A stretch of DNA of 64,000 nucleotides from the NCBI GenBank assembly GCA_002189035.1, contig NEEC01000009.1, positions 558,001 through 622,000 on the forward strand, written 5' to 3'. The notes under the pieces are model-generated. The model was not told the origin of the DNA. It made no database searches and saw nothing but the letters and a program-made list of their open reading frames with translations. Source of the DNA: Utricularia gibba (lineage: Eukaryota > Plantae > Magnoliophyta). Positions within the stretch are counted from its first letter, which is position 1. Each line of letters starts with the position of its first letter. The position numbers were made by a program, and so were the translations under genes. This document shows positions 1-16,095 of this stretch, piece after piece.

Positions 1-239
1 ATATCGGAAATACTTTGAAGCAATGACAACACAATACCCTTAATTGATCATGAAAATGAATAATACAAGAAATATAGTTCAAATAAGTAGAGTTTATTAT
101 TGTGCTAAGACTCTATGAACTATTCGAAGTTTGTTGTGATATACAACATAGTGATGAATGAATCCATTTACATGTCGGGCTCACAAAAGATTAAAAAAAG
201 TAATATATGATTGGTGGCCAAATGTTGACTAACGTGGTT

Positions 240-590
240 GATGGTTCCCCTCTATTTATAGAGGAGAACATTTTCTACAAATGAATATCGAAACATCAGC
301 ATTTGATTAGTCTTTTAGAGTGAGTTTGTTAGAAATTCAGTTTCGAAGGGTAGAAAAGGAAAAAAAAGGAAAACAATTTTTTTTCCTATTCGTATTTCTC
401 ACCTCATAGAGTTTTCGGAAAGAAAGTGGAAAGAGAGAATAAAACCCATTAGTTTATCAAATCCCTTTGTATTCATTGTGGTAAATAGTGAATTTTTCTC
501 AGAGTTGGTTGTGGATGTAGCACTTATTTTAAGGTAAACCATATTAACTTTTGGTGTTTATTTTCTTGATTTTATAATTAAATTTATTGT
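240..590. mobile_element. Possible decayed copia-type LTR fragment(s)
   Basis: CTCTATAAATAGAGG-type LTR TATA motif on the minus strand near 250-265 and a U5-like stretch (gtggatgtagc...ggtaaaccatatt) at 510-545. No paired LTR or TSD found. Confidence 0.3.
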
Positions 591-779
591 ATGGTATCGA
601 TTGCATACAAACCATAGGTACTATGAACCTACGTCGTGGACTTACACTTGTACCGAAAGCCAAAGTTGTTGCAATTGCCAATTACTCGGTGTTTGTTGCC
701 ATACGAGAATTTGCTATAAAATGCAATAGCAACTCCAAGTATGAGCTAATTTGTCATAAATTATTTTAAAGTAAATCGC

Positions 780-2560
780 ACTATTATTAGAAAATGTATT
801 ATAGCCATAGTAATATGAAAAGTATATGGAAGATCACATAGCTAATATAACATCAAACTTGCAATATATTTTGTATTTTCACAACAAGACGTGTGAATTT
901 GAGAAAATACTTTTTGACCCATAGCCTGATTGAATGGTAAGAGATTGGTTGTGAATTAGATTGACTACGATATAGCGATTCATCTAAATGCAATTCCAAT
1001 TTAAGATATTGTACTCAAAGGCATAGTGTATTCTGATACGAGCATAGGAGCTAGTTTATGGTACATAGGAGCAATCTATCATTGAATTGCCTGAATATCT
1101 CTTAAAGTGCAATGATTAAATGTAGATACTATTGGTACATTTAAAAATACTCGTGGAAGACAAGAGGAACATCTATTGCATTGCGTTTTCTGGGCCTTTT
1201 GACCGTACGCTGCAAGTTACAAGCATTATCGTCCGATGATATAGGTAGACGAGACACACTTATATGTTAAATATAACTATAAATTATTTGTTATTGTGGT
1301 CATAGATGCCGAAGTTCATTGTTTCCCTGTGTTATGAAAATGGTTCCTACACCTATTAAATGTGCATGTTGTCCACAATTGCCATCCAATATACGTAATT
1401 AATAATGAGAGAGTCAGATTGGTAGATACTTTAAAAACGGTCTTGACATTTCGACTATCTAATGGGATTTATCATTTCTACCTATGACATGTGGGGTCGA
1501 ACTGTATTATATATAATAGAAACAAAAATCTACGTATCTTAGCATAGGTCGCCGGATCTACACCACATGTTGAAGAATTCAATCGTATGATGGAGAGAAT
1601 ATATCACATACATTCAGTAGGATAGCAGTATTTAATAGACATTCCATTGGAAATATAGACATTATCGCATGATTGAGGTGCAAGATTCACTTGTTTTATT
1701 TTTTGCAAACTACATGCTCTATTAATTTTCAACTCTACTTCCATGTATGACTTCCGCTTCTTAATTTCCAAATTCGATATTATAACTACAAACCACGCCA
1801 AAACGATAAATGGAATTTTTCGAGGAGAGCATCGTTTGTTGTGTATATCTATTGTGTATATCTACACCTCAATTTTTTTGAGATAACTTCTTTAACTACT
1901 CTTTTGATAAATGTAGTCATCATTCAATAAAACAAATGAATACTTTGCATACAGGATGGCCGCAGCTCATCAAATAACTCAATAACAAATTAAGTTTGCA
2001 GAAAAGTGTGAATAACTTTTTCAGAAAGTCTCTAATAACTTTTATGTCATATAGGTTAAAAACTATAGTATGGCTATGATGATAGCTTCAATATATGACA
2101 TCGATACTTTATGTATAGTGGGATGCACATATAGAGGGACCCATTAATCAATAGATTGTTATCTATTAAGACATTTGTTATTGCATAATCAACCGACTTT
2201 AACCTCATACGAGATGAAGCTAATTGAGACGATGCTCCTTTATTGTTGGTATGAGATCCAACCAAACTAGGTAATTGTCATCATTTTGGACGAGATACAA
2301 CGACTTAAGTACATGAATAAATGGATTGGGAACTTGATTTATCACATCATAGAACATCAACTCAATCTTAGAGTTAAAGATAATCAACACAAAACCAGCA
2401 GGTGAGAGGTACTACAATGTCTCAAAATGTCTTACATTCCTTATATGCATCAAGATTGAATACGATGATGTATTCGATACAAATTCTAGGCATTCATTAT
2501 ATTTTACATCACTTGTGGAGAGATCATCATCACAAATCATCCGTAACATGCTTAATTTAG
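780..2560 (+). mobile_element. Degenerate Mutator/MuDR transposase remnant
   Basis: ~1185-1345 translates as VFWAF*PYAASYKHYRPMI*VDETHLYVKYNYKLFVIVVIDAEVHCFP, matching the MULE catalytic motif (FWAF..C...RP.I.VDGTHL.GKY.GKL...G.DA...LFP). Downstream fragments IPLEI*TLSHD*GARF and ITTNHAKTING, plus a SWIM-like trace near 2410-2450. Many stops. Confidence 0.75.
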
Positions 2561-3238
2561 TTCATACTTGTAAATCAACATTCGGAATAAAAAGTTTATT
2601 TAAGAATTTTAATCAAAAATAGATATTAATATTTTACGTGAAGTATATTATTTTTTTTCAATTTTTTATTAAGATGCATCTTGATTACACTTATTAGTAT
2701 TGTTTAAGTATATATAGTATGAATATGTTTTGTATGTATATTAAATAAAAAAATATGAATGTGCTTCTTAATTTAATTAGTGAAAATTTTAGAAGATAAA
2801 TAATTAATAATTCATATACGATGTTTTAATTAATAACATTTTTATAAATAAATAATCAAACACAATAACATAATGTATTCTATATAATTTTCATTTAAAA
2901 ATGAATTGAATTGATAACATTTGCAACGCTTATAATATTTTATCAATTCCTATTTAATATTATACATAAAAAAATATTTTAATTATATCTGAAATAAGAT
3001 AAAATATATTATGCAAAAATTAAGCATATTTAGCAAATACCTAGATAAAGTAGGCCTATTTCACAAATCTTTACTAGGATTATATAGCAAATAGAATTTT
3101 TGCGGTGGAAATTAACCCAGCATTCCACAGTTTGAATGAGCTCTGAACTGAAGAAGAGCGAAAAAGGTCTGGACTTCACCAAAGTAACAGATTCGTTCTT
3201 CCGGTTGTCTACTGATTCGAACGCTTTTTGGTGGAAAA

Positions 3239-4194
3239 ATGGCGAGCGGTGGAGGGTATGGGGATGCAACCCAGAAAATAGACTACGTTTTCAAGGTGGT
3301 GTTGCTTGGGGATTCCGCCGTCGGGAAGTCCCAGATTCTGTCGCGGTTCGCCAGAAACGAGTTTAGCTTGGATTCCAAAGCTACGATCGGCGTGGAGTTC
3401 CAAACTCGAATAATGGCCATCCAGAAAAAAAGACTGTTAAAGCCCAGATCTGGGATACTGCTGGCCAAGAAAGGTAATGAGCTTGCCATTTCAATACGTT
3501 TGTCTGTCTCGGAGTTGATTTGGGGATGTGAACTCTCGGATGTTGCGGCTGGAGATGGCGGCATTTCGTGTAATGTCCTGATCTTTGTTTGCTTCAATCT
3601 AGCTATGAACTGTTCTGTGTCTATCATTCTCCATGAATGTCGCTTGCTCACTCACTCACTCACTGCTGTTGATGATTCTTGCTCGTGGGCTTGTTCCATT
3701 GGCGATTTTCCTTTGGATTCGTTGCACACCTCTCAGCACTTTTGCACCATGAACAGATACAGAGCTGTGACGAGCGCGTACTACAGGGGTGCAGTGGGTG
3801 CAATGCTGGTCTACGACATCACCAAACGGCTAACCTTCGACCACATCCCCAGATGGCTTGAAGAGCTGCGTGCCCACGCAGATAACAACGTTGTGATAAT
3901 CCTGATTGGGAACAAGGCAGACTTGGAAGATGAAAGGGTTGTGTCTACTGAAGACGCAAAGGAATTCGCTCAAGCGCAGGGCCTTTTCTTCCTAGAGACC
4001 TCAGCACTGCAGGCTACCAACGTGGAGGAAGCGTTCTTAACCGTGTTGACGGAGATATTCAGCATCGTGAACAAGAAAGCGCTTGAGGTGGTGAGGATCA
4101 GACTGGAAATCCTGCATCTTTGTCCGGGAAGACGATCCTGGTGCCCGGTCCTGGGCAGGTAATCCCCGAAAAGAAGGCGTGCTGTGGCTCATGA
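3239..4194 (+). CDS. RABA4: Rab11/RABA4-type small GTPase, 2 exons (3239-3473, 3757-4194), two apparent frameshifts
   Basis: [22 protein letters not shown]|[26 protein letters not shown] motifs. C-terminus [16 protein letters not shown] appears in a shifted frame. Frameshifts at the A7 run 3425-3431 and near 4086-4090. Confidence 0.92.
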
Positions 4195-4576
4195 CTGATG
4201 TTTGGTCTCTGCTTGTTCCATGTTGCTAATTTTTTGAGATTGGCTGGTAATTCACGTCGGGTTCTTGATTTTTATGCCTTTTAAAACAGAAAAGATCTCA
4301 TTCTGTGTTCAGGTTTGTTCATCAGATCTGTTTTGGTCAGACAAACCTGTATGCCCCATTCTTCAATTTTGTCCATGAGAATGTATATGAAACCATTGAA
4401 ATCCATCAAAGAATGCGAATGAGTGAAGCAATCCACACGGCAACGAGATACTTGATCAAAATCTTGTTGTATCAGAAATGAAAGATGTCCTCAGGAGGGC
4501 GGCAAGTTCAAAACTTGGAACAATCAACGGAGATGAAGAGGGCACATGAAACCGGGGACCATGTCATAGTAGAAAC

Positions 4577-5888
<1,312 letters not shown>

Positions 5889-6206
5889 CTTCGAGTAACT
5901 GCGGAAGCGCAGGTAAGACTCGCAAGAATGGCAGCGACGAAGCTCTCAGCGAACTCCCAGTGATTAGGGTTTCCATTATATATATTCCCCGCAGAGGAAC
6001 ATGGGCCTCAATTCAAACATTTTGTGTTCATTAATGGGCCTAGTTTCCAAAATGGCCCAATATAAAATTTCATAAAAGCTCATTAAAGCCCAAGACGTCG
6101 TAATCGTATATTTTTCCCCACCCCCAACCTTTCTTCTCTCCGTCTCGGTTTTGGAATCGGTATCCCCAACCTTGAGAATTCGCAATCCCTTGTCCCCAAA
6201 TCGAAA
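5889..6206. promoter_or_regulatory. Compact bidirectional promoter RPS6 / 14-3-3 with telo-box and site II motifs
   Basis: Start codons are 318 bp apart head-to-head. Telo-box AAACCCTAAT on the minus strand at 5963-5972, TATA-like 5976-5985, TGGGCY site II motifs near 6002, 6035, 6054 and 6087. Confidence 0.75.
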
Positions 6207-7733
<1,527 letters not shown>

Positions 7734-8535
7734 TGAGATTGGGAGGCTGTTTTAGCTCCATATAGCATAAAATTCCAGGTTTTTTTCCCGCGTCATATTT
7801 TGAGCCGGGAGTCCGTTTCTGCCCTCTCCATCTAATAAAGGTGTACTGAGCGAATAAAAACAAAACAAAAAGAACCGGAAAGGGAATTCGGCCTGACCCG
7901 GCCACTTTATCAACCGGTGGTTGAATCGGTGGTATGGGTACTTTTATCACACAGTAAAAATACAGTGGGTACTTTTTAAATTAACTCTTGAATCGGTTCT
8001 CGTCGGTGACATACTTTACCAGGGTTTGACAAAGGAGTGGCACTCGGTAGGGTTTTTGCCGCAGTTGCCTCCCGACGACTGCAACCGTCTTCTTTCAGCC
8101 TTGGAGCCTACCGCCGCTGTTCTCCCTCGCTGGTCACTGTGCGTTAGGTTAGATTAGTTTTCGGCGCTTGAATATCTTTCATACGTTCCTTGACTCTTCG
8201 GTGATTTTTTTGATCATCGTCTGGTTTGGTGGCAACCCGTTTGCTTCTTCGAGAATCTGTGATTTGGGTTTGTGGCAGAAGACTTAATTTCGGATGTTTG
8301 ATGCTCAAATGTACCTTTGGTTGTTCTGTTAGGTATTGTTGTTTAAGAAAGCTTAAAGCTCTTGGATTGCTGTTGGAATGTATGAAACGAATTCTGGTTA
8401 ACTGGATATGTAACCCATGGCAGTGACCATTTTTTTCTGAAATTTCTTGATTGCTGTGTACTGAAGAGAAGCTCCTTGATATGATTCTGGTACTTGTGTT
8501 CCCTCTGCAGAACTGTAGTCTTTGGGGAGGCTGAG

Positions 8536-8904
8536 ATGAGGCTCATAACTCACAATATGCTCGCTTCAAACATCAAAGGTGTAACCAACGGCTTCCCACT
8601 CCGCATCGAGGCGGAGAAAGTGGTGGAAAAGGAGGTCGACTTTAACCCTGACTTCCTGAGGAACATGTTTTCCAAGATTGAATGGGGCGTCCTTGCTGAA
8701 GCCTCGAAAACATTGGGTTACACGGAGCTACCGCAGGATGCAGACCCCGCCATGCTCGAGTCGGAGGAGTTCCTTCGCAAGTTCCACCATGCACTCCTTG
8801 AACTCCATCTTGAGGAGGGTGCATTGGTTTGCCCGGAGACTGGCCGCAAGTTCCCAGTTAACAAGGGGATCCCAAATATGCTGCTTCATGAAGATGAGGT
8901 TTAG
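8536..8904 (+). CDS. TRM112: TRM112-like methyltransferase activator (single coding exon; 5' UTR intron ending ~8510)
   Basis: MRLITHNML...CPETGRKFPVNKGIPNMLLHEDEV*. Confidence 0.93.
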   Translation: MRLITHNMLASNIKGVTNGFPLRIEAEKVVEKEVDFNPDFLRNMFSKIEWGVLAEASKTLGYTELPQDADPAMLESEEFLRKFHHALLELHLEEGALVCPETGRKFPVNKGIPNMLLHEDEV

Positions 8905-9301
8905 CTGAAGGTTGCATTGAGTTTGCATCTCTTGATATGCATCTCCTGCACTTATCTAGTGAGAAATCAACCATCTTTTTCTTGATCTAGAAGGTGTTTT
9001 GTCCAGAAATGTTTCAAGTTTCAGAAAAAAGTGTTTCCCAGTGACTTTTTATGGGGCTTTACAAACTCTTTGAATGAAGGGTGGCCAATGTATTTAGTTG
9101 CAGATCACAAAAATGAGATCATTTTTTGTGCAGCATGTACCTTAGCTATTATAAGTCCTCTGTGCGATCCTGCGATAAAGATGAGAATCAAATTTAGCAA
9201 GCAGGGTTGTAAGATGCTGTAGTCCGAGCAGGCAAGCCTAATAATGCATGTTGCAAACCTGAAAATTTGGTAATGGAGAAGTTAGGTCATTCTTCACAGC
9301 T

Positions 9302-12300
9302 CTAATCAAATGAAAAAGGGTCGTGTACGTAAGGATTCAACGATCCCTCGGTGAACAGATCGCCGATATTGGAAGGCTGCCGATGATCTACAGCCTGTAT
9401 CATGCATAAAAAGTCAATAGCCCTTGCTTGAGGTTCCGATTTAAAGTTCAGGCATTTCAATTGAAAAGAGAATGAATGTAGTTGTTGCCTGGGTAGCTCT
9501 TGGTGTCTTTGCTTTTGGTGTAGCTCGGCTCCTGTGTTTCCTTGGTTCCTATCATGGAAAGATACCAAGTTTAAAAGGTATAAGGTACTGAATTGATGAA
9601 CAGAACTGCTGACCCCAAACATGACGGTACTCCGAGTCTTCCTTCGCTTTGTGATCGTTCTTCCGTTTGAGGTTTCGATTTCGTATTCATCATGTGTCAC
9701 CTACCATTGTTGCCGTAAAATAGATATATGATTTAGAGCTCATCATATCCACTGATATTAACTTAACTGAAAAGGGCCTCACCTTTCTACTGTGTGTAGG
9801 CATATTCACTGGGCTGCCAGCATTTGCATTATCATTAGTTACCAATCCATGAGGAACCGGAGATTGAGTTTCTTTAAGATAAGGGGACTCCTGCAATCAG
9901 AAAAAAAAAAAAGGATTTCATTGCATACCAAATTCTTCCCCCAATGTTCATAGCAATAAAATGGATACATGTGAAACGCAAACGAGGATTATTTCTGCAA
10001 CTTCACCTTTTCCTCATCTTCTGGTATGTTCATTGCATGCCGAATTCTTCTACCAGTGGCTTTACCTCTCTTAGTAGACGAAAAGGAGTAGTTCTGTGAA
10101 ATATCAAGATAATTGTTTGATCTCATAAGGCAGTCTACCATCAGCTAGTTTCATAAATTCACATGGCCAGATAATTTCTTGTTGCTGTTGATTTTTCTCA
10201 GAGCAATATGTGAAATCTAGACATTGGGAGCCATATTATCCGTTACACTAATTTCTGTACATGTTTACGGTGTTAGTTAAGACGCATTTTCAGTCGACCT
10301 TCATACCTTTTTCGAAGTCACTTCTTGTTCCTCCTGGGGATTGTCGCCCATTACTTTCCATTGCAGATGCAGTAAGGCTCTCTGTCTCTCTTCCTGAAGT
10401 TGAAAATCAGAAGACATAGTTACATGTGACACTACATTCTGTGCCAAAAGTGTACCTTGGCCTTCTGAATATCCAGATCTTCCTGCAGCCTTCTGCACTC
10501 ATCTTCATGCTCACACCTCATAGCCCTCAACTGGGCTTCGTGCTCCGACCTAAGTGATTTCAATTTCTGCAAATATGCATTAATCATAGTTACCACCATG
10601 TTGAGTTTGATAGATAACATAACACCGATACCTCTCTAAGCTCCATGTCAGCTTGAAGTTGCGTGTGCTTTAGTTCTTCGGTGTGCTTTAACAAGAGGGC
10701 CTGTTCTTTATTGGTGTGTTCTTGTTGATAGTTGAATGCCTGTAAAGAATCATGAGCAGTCATCTGAAAGGGATACATTTAATATGAACAGAATGCATTT
10801 TCTTTCAGACAACGGTTCAGCATGACGCAACAAGGCTTATTTTGTAAATTGTATGGTCTGGTTATGAGATCTAAAGTGATTCAATAATACAGTATCATTA
10901 ATCATGAATTACATAAAAACAGCAGCAGAAGCAAATAGGAACCCGCGTCATCAGAGGGCCGGTAAAAATGAATTCATTGTATAGCTCTACTTTCATAACT
11001 CATTGTAAAAATAATATCTTGAAGTCATTGTATAGATTTGCTTTAATATTTCATTGTGAAAATGATATTCTTATAGCATGAAACATTAAATTAAGCATTG
11101 TAAAAATATTTCCTCATACCGCCGCAGTATATTCCTCCTCCATCTTCAGTAACTTTTTACGAGACTCTTCTTCGCATTCTGCTAACTTTTCTTCATATTT
11201 TTTCTCCATGTCTTGGATAATCTTATCTGCCTGAACAGATGGAAAAAGATCTTGTTCAATTTTTTACAGTGAAAAAAATATCATAAGGAAAAACAAGCAA
11301 TCTGACCTTTTGTTTCTCAATATTGATTGCCTCTTCCTTCTCAGCCTCATAGCTCCTTCGTATATCTCTTATAGCCTGTTGAACCAGAAAATGAATTTTC
11401 AAGATTATAGGAGATGGCATTGCCTACGACTGGAATACCTCATCGTTCCTCAAAGAAATTTCCTTCAAGTGTTTTGATAACTCGTGTTGCCTGATTTCTA
11501 ACATGTGATCACACTGCTTCTTGGACTCGTCAAGTTTACTCTCAGTTTCAGCTAGCTGTTCCATAATCTAAAACACGAGAAATATTAATATTTAATAAAC
11601 CAGCTCACTAAAATTGAAACTCTGCTCGAGAAATAAAAATACCTCCTGGTGTTGGTTTTGAAACTGTTTCTCTTTATCTGTCAGGTCCAAAATGAGCAGT
11701 TTTTTCTGCTCTAATGCATTCTCTAGATCGCCTACTCTTTTCTCTAGTGATTCAATCATTTCCTCGCCTCTTCCTTTCTCCATCAGTAGATGATCAATTT
11801 CCCCTTGCCTTCCCAAGATGTCTGCTCTTAGTCCATCGATGCAGTCTTCGCTATTTTTCTCCAACTCCGAATATTTCAGCAACAATTCTTGCTGCAATAG
11901 AATTAAAAAAAAGAACTCCATTACTGATATCATAGTTTAAAAGAAATATGAACTCATTAGTCAACCATTTTTCTATCAGATAATGTTGAGTTTTCTGATG
12001 AAATTCTGAGATCATCCTGTAGTCGGACAATAAACTCCTGCATTTCACTAATCCTAAGGCGAAAGGTTTCGGCGTCAAACTCTAGTTTCTGTATTTTTTC
12101 ATCTGCAACGCGGCATTCATCAGCATGCTGCACCAACGTAAATTCCTGTTCTTTATGAAGCTCCTGAACCTTAATTTTCAGTTCATGATTGTGAATCTGC
12201 AAAGCATCTCTCTCAGATATGACTCTAATCAATTCACCATGCATATGGTTGAACTTTTTTTGCGTAGACTGAACAACAAGGTCTTTCTCCTGTCGAGATA

Positions 12301-13837
12301 ACTCAAGGTATGATTCAAACGAAGCAGTCAGCCGGATGATTTCATCAGAGAAGGCAACCCTTTGATTCTCCAATTCAGTTAATTTCGAAACCAACAATGT
12401 AACAAAATCTTCAAGATTCTTGATCTCCTTGAGTGCCATTTCAAGTCTATGAACAGACTCATCATGGCTGACCAGTAGCTCCTTGTTCACTCTCTCCAAT
12501 TTTGCGTTGGAGACCCTCAAATTCAGTAGATCATCTTGTTTTTCTCCTAAATCAAGAATCAGCTTCTCCAACTTAGACGTCGTATCATCCATGGTTAGTT
12601 TTGTTTCCGCTGCATCATTTTCCAGTTGCTTTATTACAGCATCTGCTCCAACAGTGTAAAATATTAGAGCCCACTATCGAAAACCAGGCATTTAAAAAAA
12701 TGATCTGTAAGAAACTAAACAACATGCAATAATATAAAAAGATTCTCAAGAATTCAGGATTCGGATGGTAAGGCCTTGCCATGATTCAGTATTACCTTTT
12801 TCTTCAATTAGGAAGGCTGCTTTCTTCTCCTCATCTCTGAAATAAGCCTCAGCTTTTTCCTTGGCATGGCCAAGCTCTGTAAGTTCTCTTTCACCTTAAT
12901 TCATTATGCCAATTAAATATCACCACAGTATGAAGAAAAAGAGCCATATATTTTGTAGTGAACTCCCTCAATAATTTCACTTACGAGTGCGGATTCTCTC
13001 TTCTGAACATTTCAATTTTGAGGACAGTAAATCTATGCGCTGTTGTAGCTCATCGAGAGTTGCGGATGCCGAGGAGATTTTTTCTCCGAAAAACTTTTTG
13101 TCCTTCTCAGCTGCAAAAGACGAAAATGAACGAGGGCATCTTTTCTAGAACAGGGAAATAATAATGCAAAAACCACTTGCCTTGCTGAACCTGCAGATTC
13201 AGCTGCAGCAGAGTTTCCGTGAGTTGATCACAGAGTGCCTTAGTCGATGAAAACTTAGACTCAAGTCCCTTCCATAGCTTCTCATCTTCATTCAATTTCA
13301 CTTTTAACCTTGAATTTTCATTGAAAGCGCCTTGCAGTTTCTCTTCCAGGACACGAATTTGGTCAATCGATTTCTTAAGCTTAGAATACTGCATGCTCAA
13401 TGAGAAACAAAAAGCAATGAATCTCTTATCCTGTCCATCGGCATAAAACTTATCACACGAAACTCGTGAGGAGAAAAACAGACATAGAGAACATACAACG
13501 CTGAAAAATAATACGTAATTATTCCATACCGCCAAGTCAAGTTCGGTCTTTGTAGAAGCTTGTTCCCGTACTAATTTCTCTACATGAATATTAGAAATGA
13601 TCATTGATCGAAACAACTTCAGACAATCCTAAACAGACAATTTACAGTAAAAAAAAAAAAACTAAGCAAACCAGCGGTAAGCTTCAGGCTCGCAAAGTTT
13701 CCGATAGAACCGGAATTCGACGAAGCGAACGAAGAACTTGGAAAATTTTTTGAGCTGGTACCGCCTGAATTGGATCCGTGACGAGCTTTGAACATTTCCA
13801 GACCTTTCATGCTCGGAAGTCCGATCAATCTACTCAT
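9302..13837 (-). CDS. ZYP1: Synaptonemal complex transverse filament protein ZYP1 (multi-exon coiled coil)
   Basis: N-terminal FASLKLTA|EKLVREQ...[18 protein letters not shown]...[22 protein letters not shown], long coiled coil, C-terminal [22 protein letters not shown]. Exons chained in frame by hand; two introns need GC donors. Confidence 0.93.
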
Positions 13838-14436
13838 CGCATCTCCGATCTGAAAATCAACGGCAAACTAGATCTAGGATATGTTAGCTTCCGCAGGAAC
13901 ACGAAGAGTGCATGTTTCGGAGCGCCAAATTGAGCATCATTTCGTGGGATCCGGGAAGTAAGCTTCGAGTGTTCACTCTGCAAACGTAACGGTCCAAATG
14001 AAGTTCGCGCCCGATGATTTCGTACGCCAACTGATGAAGAGTTGGGATAATGGAGTGACCAAACTGCCCCTCTATATTTTATTATTTAGGATATTACTTC
14101 AATATATTACAAAAAATGATCGACCAGAGGAGACTCATTGAGTTATCAAAATGATTCTAACAACTATTTATTTAAATACATATACATCTAGCTGGTTTAT
14201 TTTATGGGTAAAATGGTCAAATTGCCCCTCCATTTCATCTTGGAGATCAGCAGTCGATAGACCACCGCACGACGACAGCGCCTGTAGCTTGGACTAAGTG
14301 AAGGCAAATCTCTCGGCATTTGGCGTTATTTGCGTAACGGTAGTTCTTTTGATCTGTTTCATTTCGACATCATCAGTGAGGCAGAGATGAGATCAAGACA
14401 ACCCACTTAGGTTTTTGAATCGCGTACGTTGGGATT

Positions 14437-15099
14437 CAAACCACGCTCCCCTCTGATCCTGCGAGCCAGCTGAAAATCTTTTGGCATGCTCATGGCACGG
14501 TTGCATGGATAGCACACAAGTGGGTGTCCTCAAAGAGACGTACAAGGCAGCAGAGTTCAGCAGCCTCTTGAAGCGCCAACACAGCGTGGCTCTGGAAACA
14601 CAGATTGGTCTGAAGGAAAACAAGAAACAAAATCAAAAAAGGAAGTAACACGGCAGGAGAGCTGTCAATTATCAATACCCTTGAAGTCCTGAGCTATATC
14701 ACGAGCAAGCTTTGGAAAGGTAACTTCCTGATCAGGAGCTCGATACTCTTCGTTTGGTATAGTTTAAACAATCCGTTTGTTATTTGCGAATTTCCCTGCC
14801 AGGGAACGAACAGACGCATTCAAAATCAGCAGAAACGAGTAGAGTTTCAGAAAGTTTTGGAACATAGAAGAGCTGCTTACCGCAAGGCAACAGTACCGGG
14901 ACGGCAGCGGTGAGACTTCTTCACTCCACCCGTGGTTTGAGCAGATTTACAGCCAGCCTGAGACATTATATGCGGCAATTAAATTTCAATTTTCATATGC
15001 ATTAGGAAAGGGTGAATTGCTCGTAAACCTTAGTTGCAACTTGCTTTCTGGGAGCCTTTCCCCAGTTGACTTACGAGCAGTTTCCTTCGGTCGCGCCAT
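14437..15099 (-). pseudogene. Histone H3.3-like pseudogene (4 coding exons plus a 5' UTR intron)
   Basis: MARPKETARKSTG-KAPRKQVATK|[26 protein letters not shown]|EIRK*..KSIELLIRKLPFQ..|[37 protein letters not shown] and the intron layout mark H3.3. In-frame TAA plus a 26-nt insertion at ~14751-14782, further frameshifts and ~20 substitutions. Confidence 0.88.
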
Positions 15100-16095
15100 C
15101 TGCAAGCATTTTACGAGTAGGATCATGAACATCAAACTCAGTCATGCTTCGCGAGCTTTCAAAATGCAGATGAATGATACGAACAATATTCAAATCCACA
15201 CAGTCTAAAATTGAAATTATCATCAAGTAAAGAAGCTACAATCGATAGGCAGATCAGGAGCCAAGATCAACAAAAACAAAAAAAAAACAACCACGGACAC
15301 GATAACCTAACGGAAAACAATTCAACTCAATCCAGAAACTCAAAAAGCACACACGAATCGAAGGAAAAGAAACAAAGAACAGGGGGACTTACCGGTCTAC
15401 CGGGGACCGGAAACCCAGGATCTCTCTCTCTCTCATTCCGGGGATTCAAAACTTCCGTACATGGAAGGCCGATTGATAATTTTGAGTGGAAGGAAGGAAG
15501 GCCCAATAAGACGTGGGCCGGAATAAAAATAATAACATTTCAAAATGTGTTCTTCCTGTCCGAATCGACGGTGGAGAATGATGGAATCTGTGTTTCCATT
15601 CTACGGCTCAGATGAGAGAGATATGGATCGAGATAGCAGGTCTGTTACCGGAGCTGGATCACCAGGCAAACTGAAGGCTTGGAACACCAGCATTTCAAAC
15701 ATAAGGAAGAATTTGTGTTCATCTTTGTACTGCAAACCCAAGTAACACAAATTTCATACATGATCTGATCCCTCGAAGTGAGAGTCAATTGGGAAACAAA
15801 AAGGAAAGAAAGTGCAGATGAAATGGAGAGGGAGGAATTCAACCTCACAGTGCTTCTTGATTCTATCTGTAGTGCCCTCAAGATATGAACAAATGGCATC
15901 TAACACCCAACTAGAAAACCAGAATCTGCAAAACTAGGAACCCACTTGCCAAGGAACAATGCAAGTACTTACTACTACTCAAACTAGCAATAACACCAAT
16001 GCTTCATTGGATTGAACTATATGATAATCAAGCTTTGCTGCTGTATGAGAAGACACTAACATGTACAGATTCCTGCTCTTCCCTTTGCATGAAGA

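Noticed and set aside
14437-15099. Functional CENH3 or H3.10 variant
   Set aside because: No extended N-tail or loop 1 as in CENH3; the stop, 26-nt insertion and several frameshifts cannot all be homopolymer errors.
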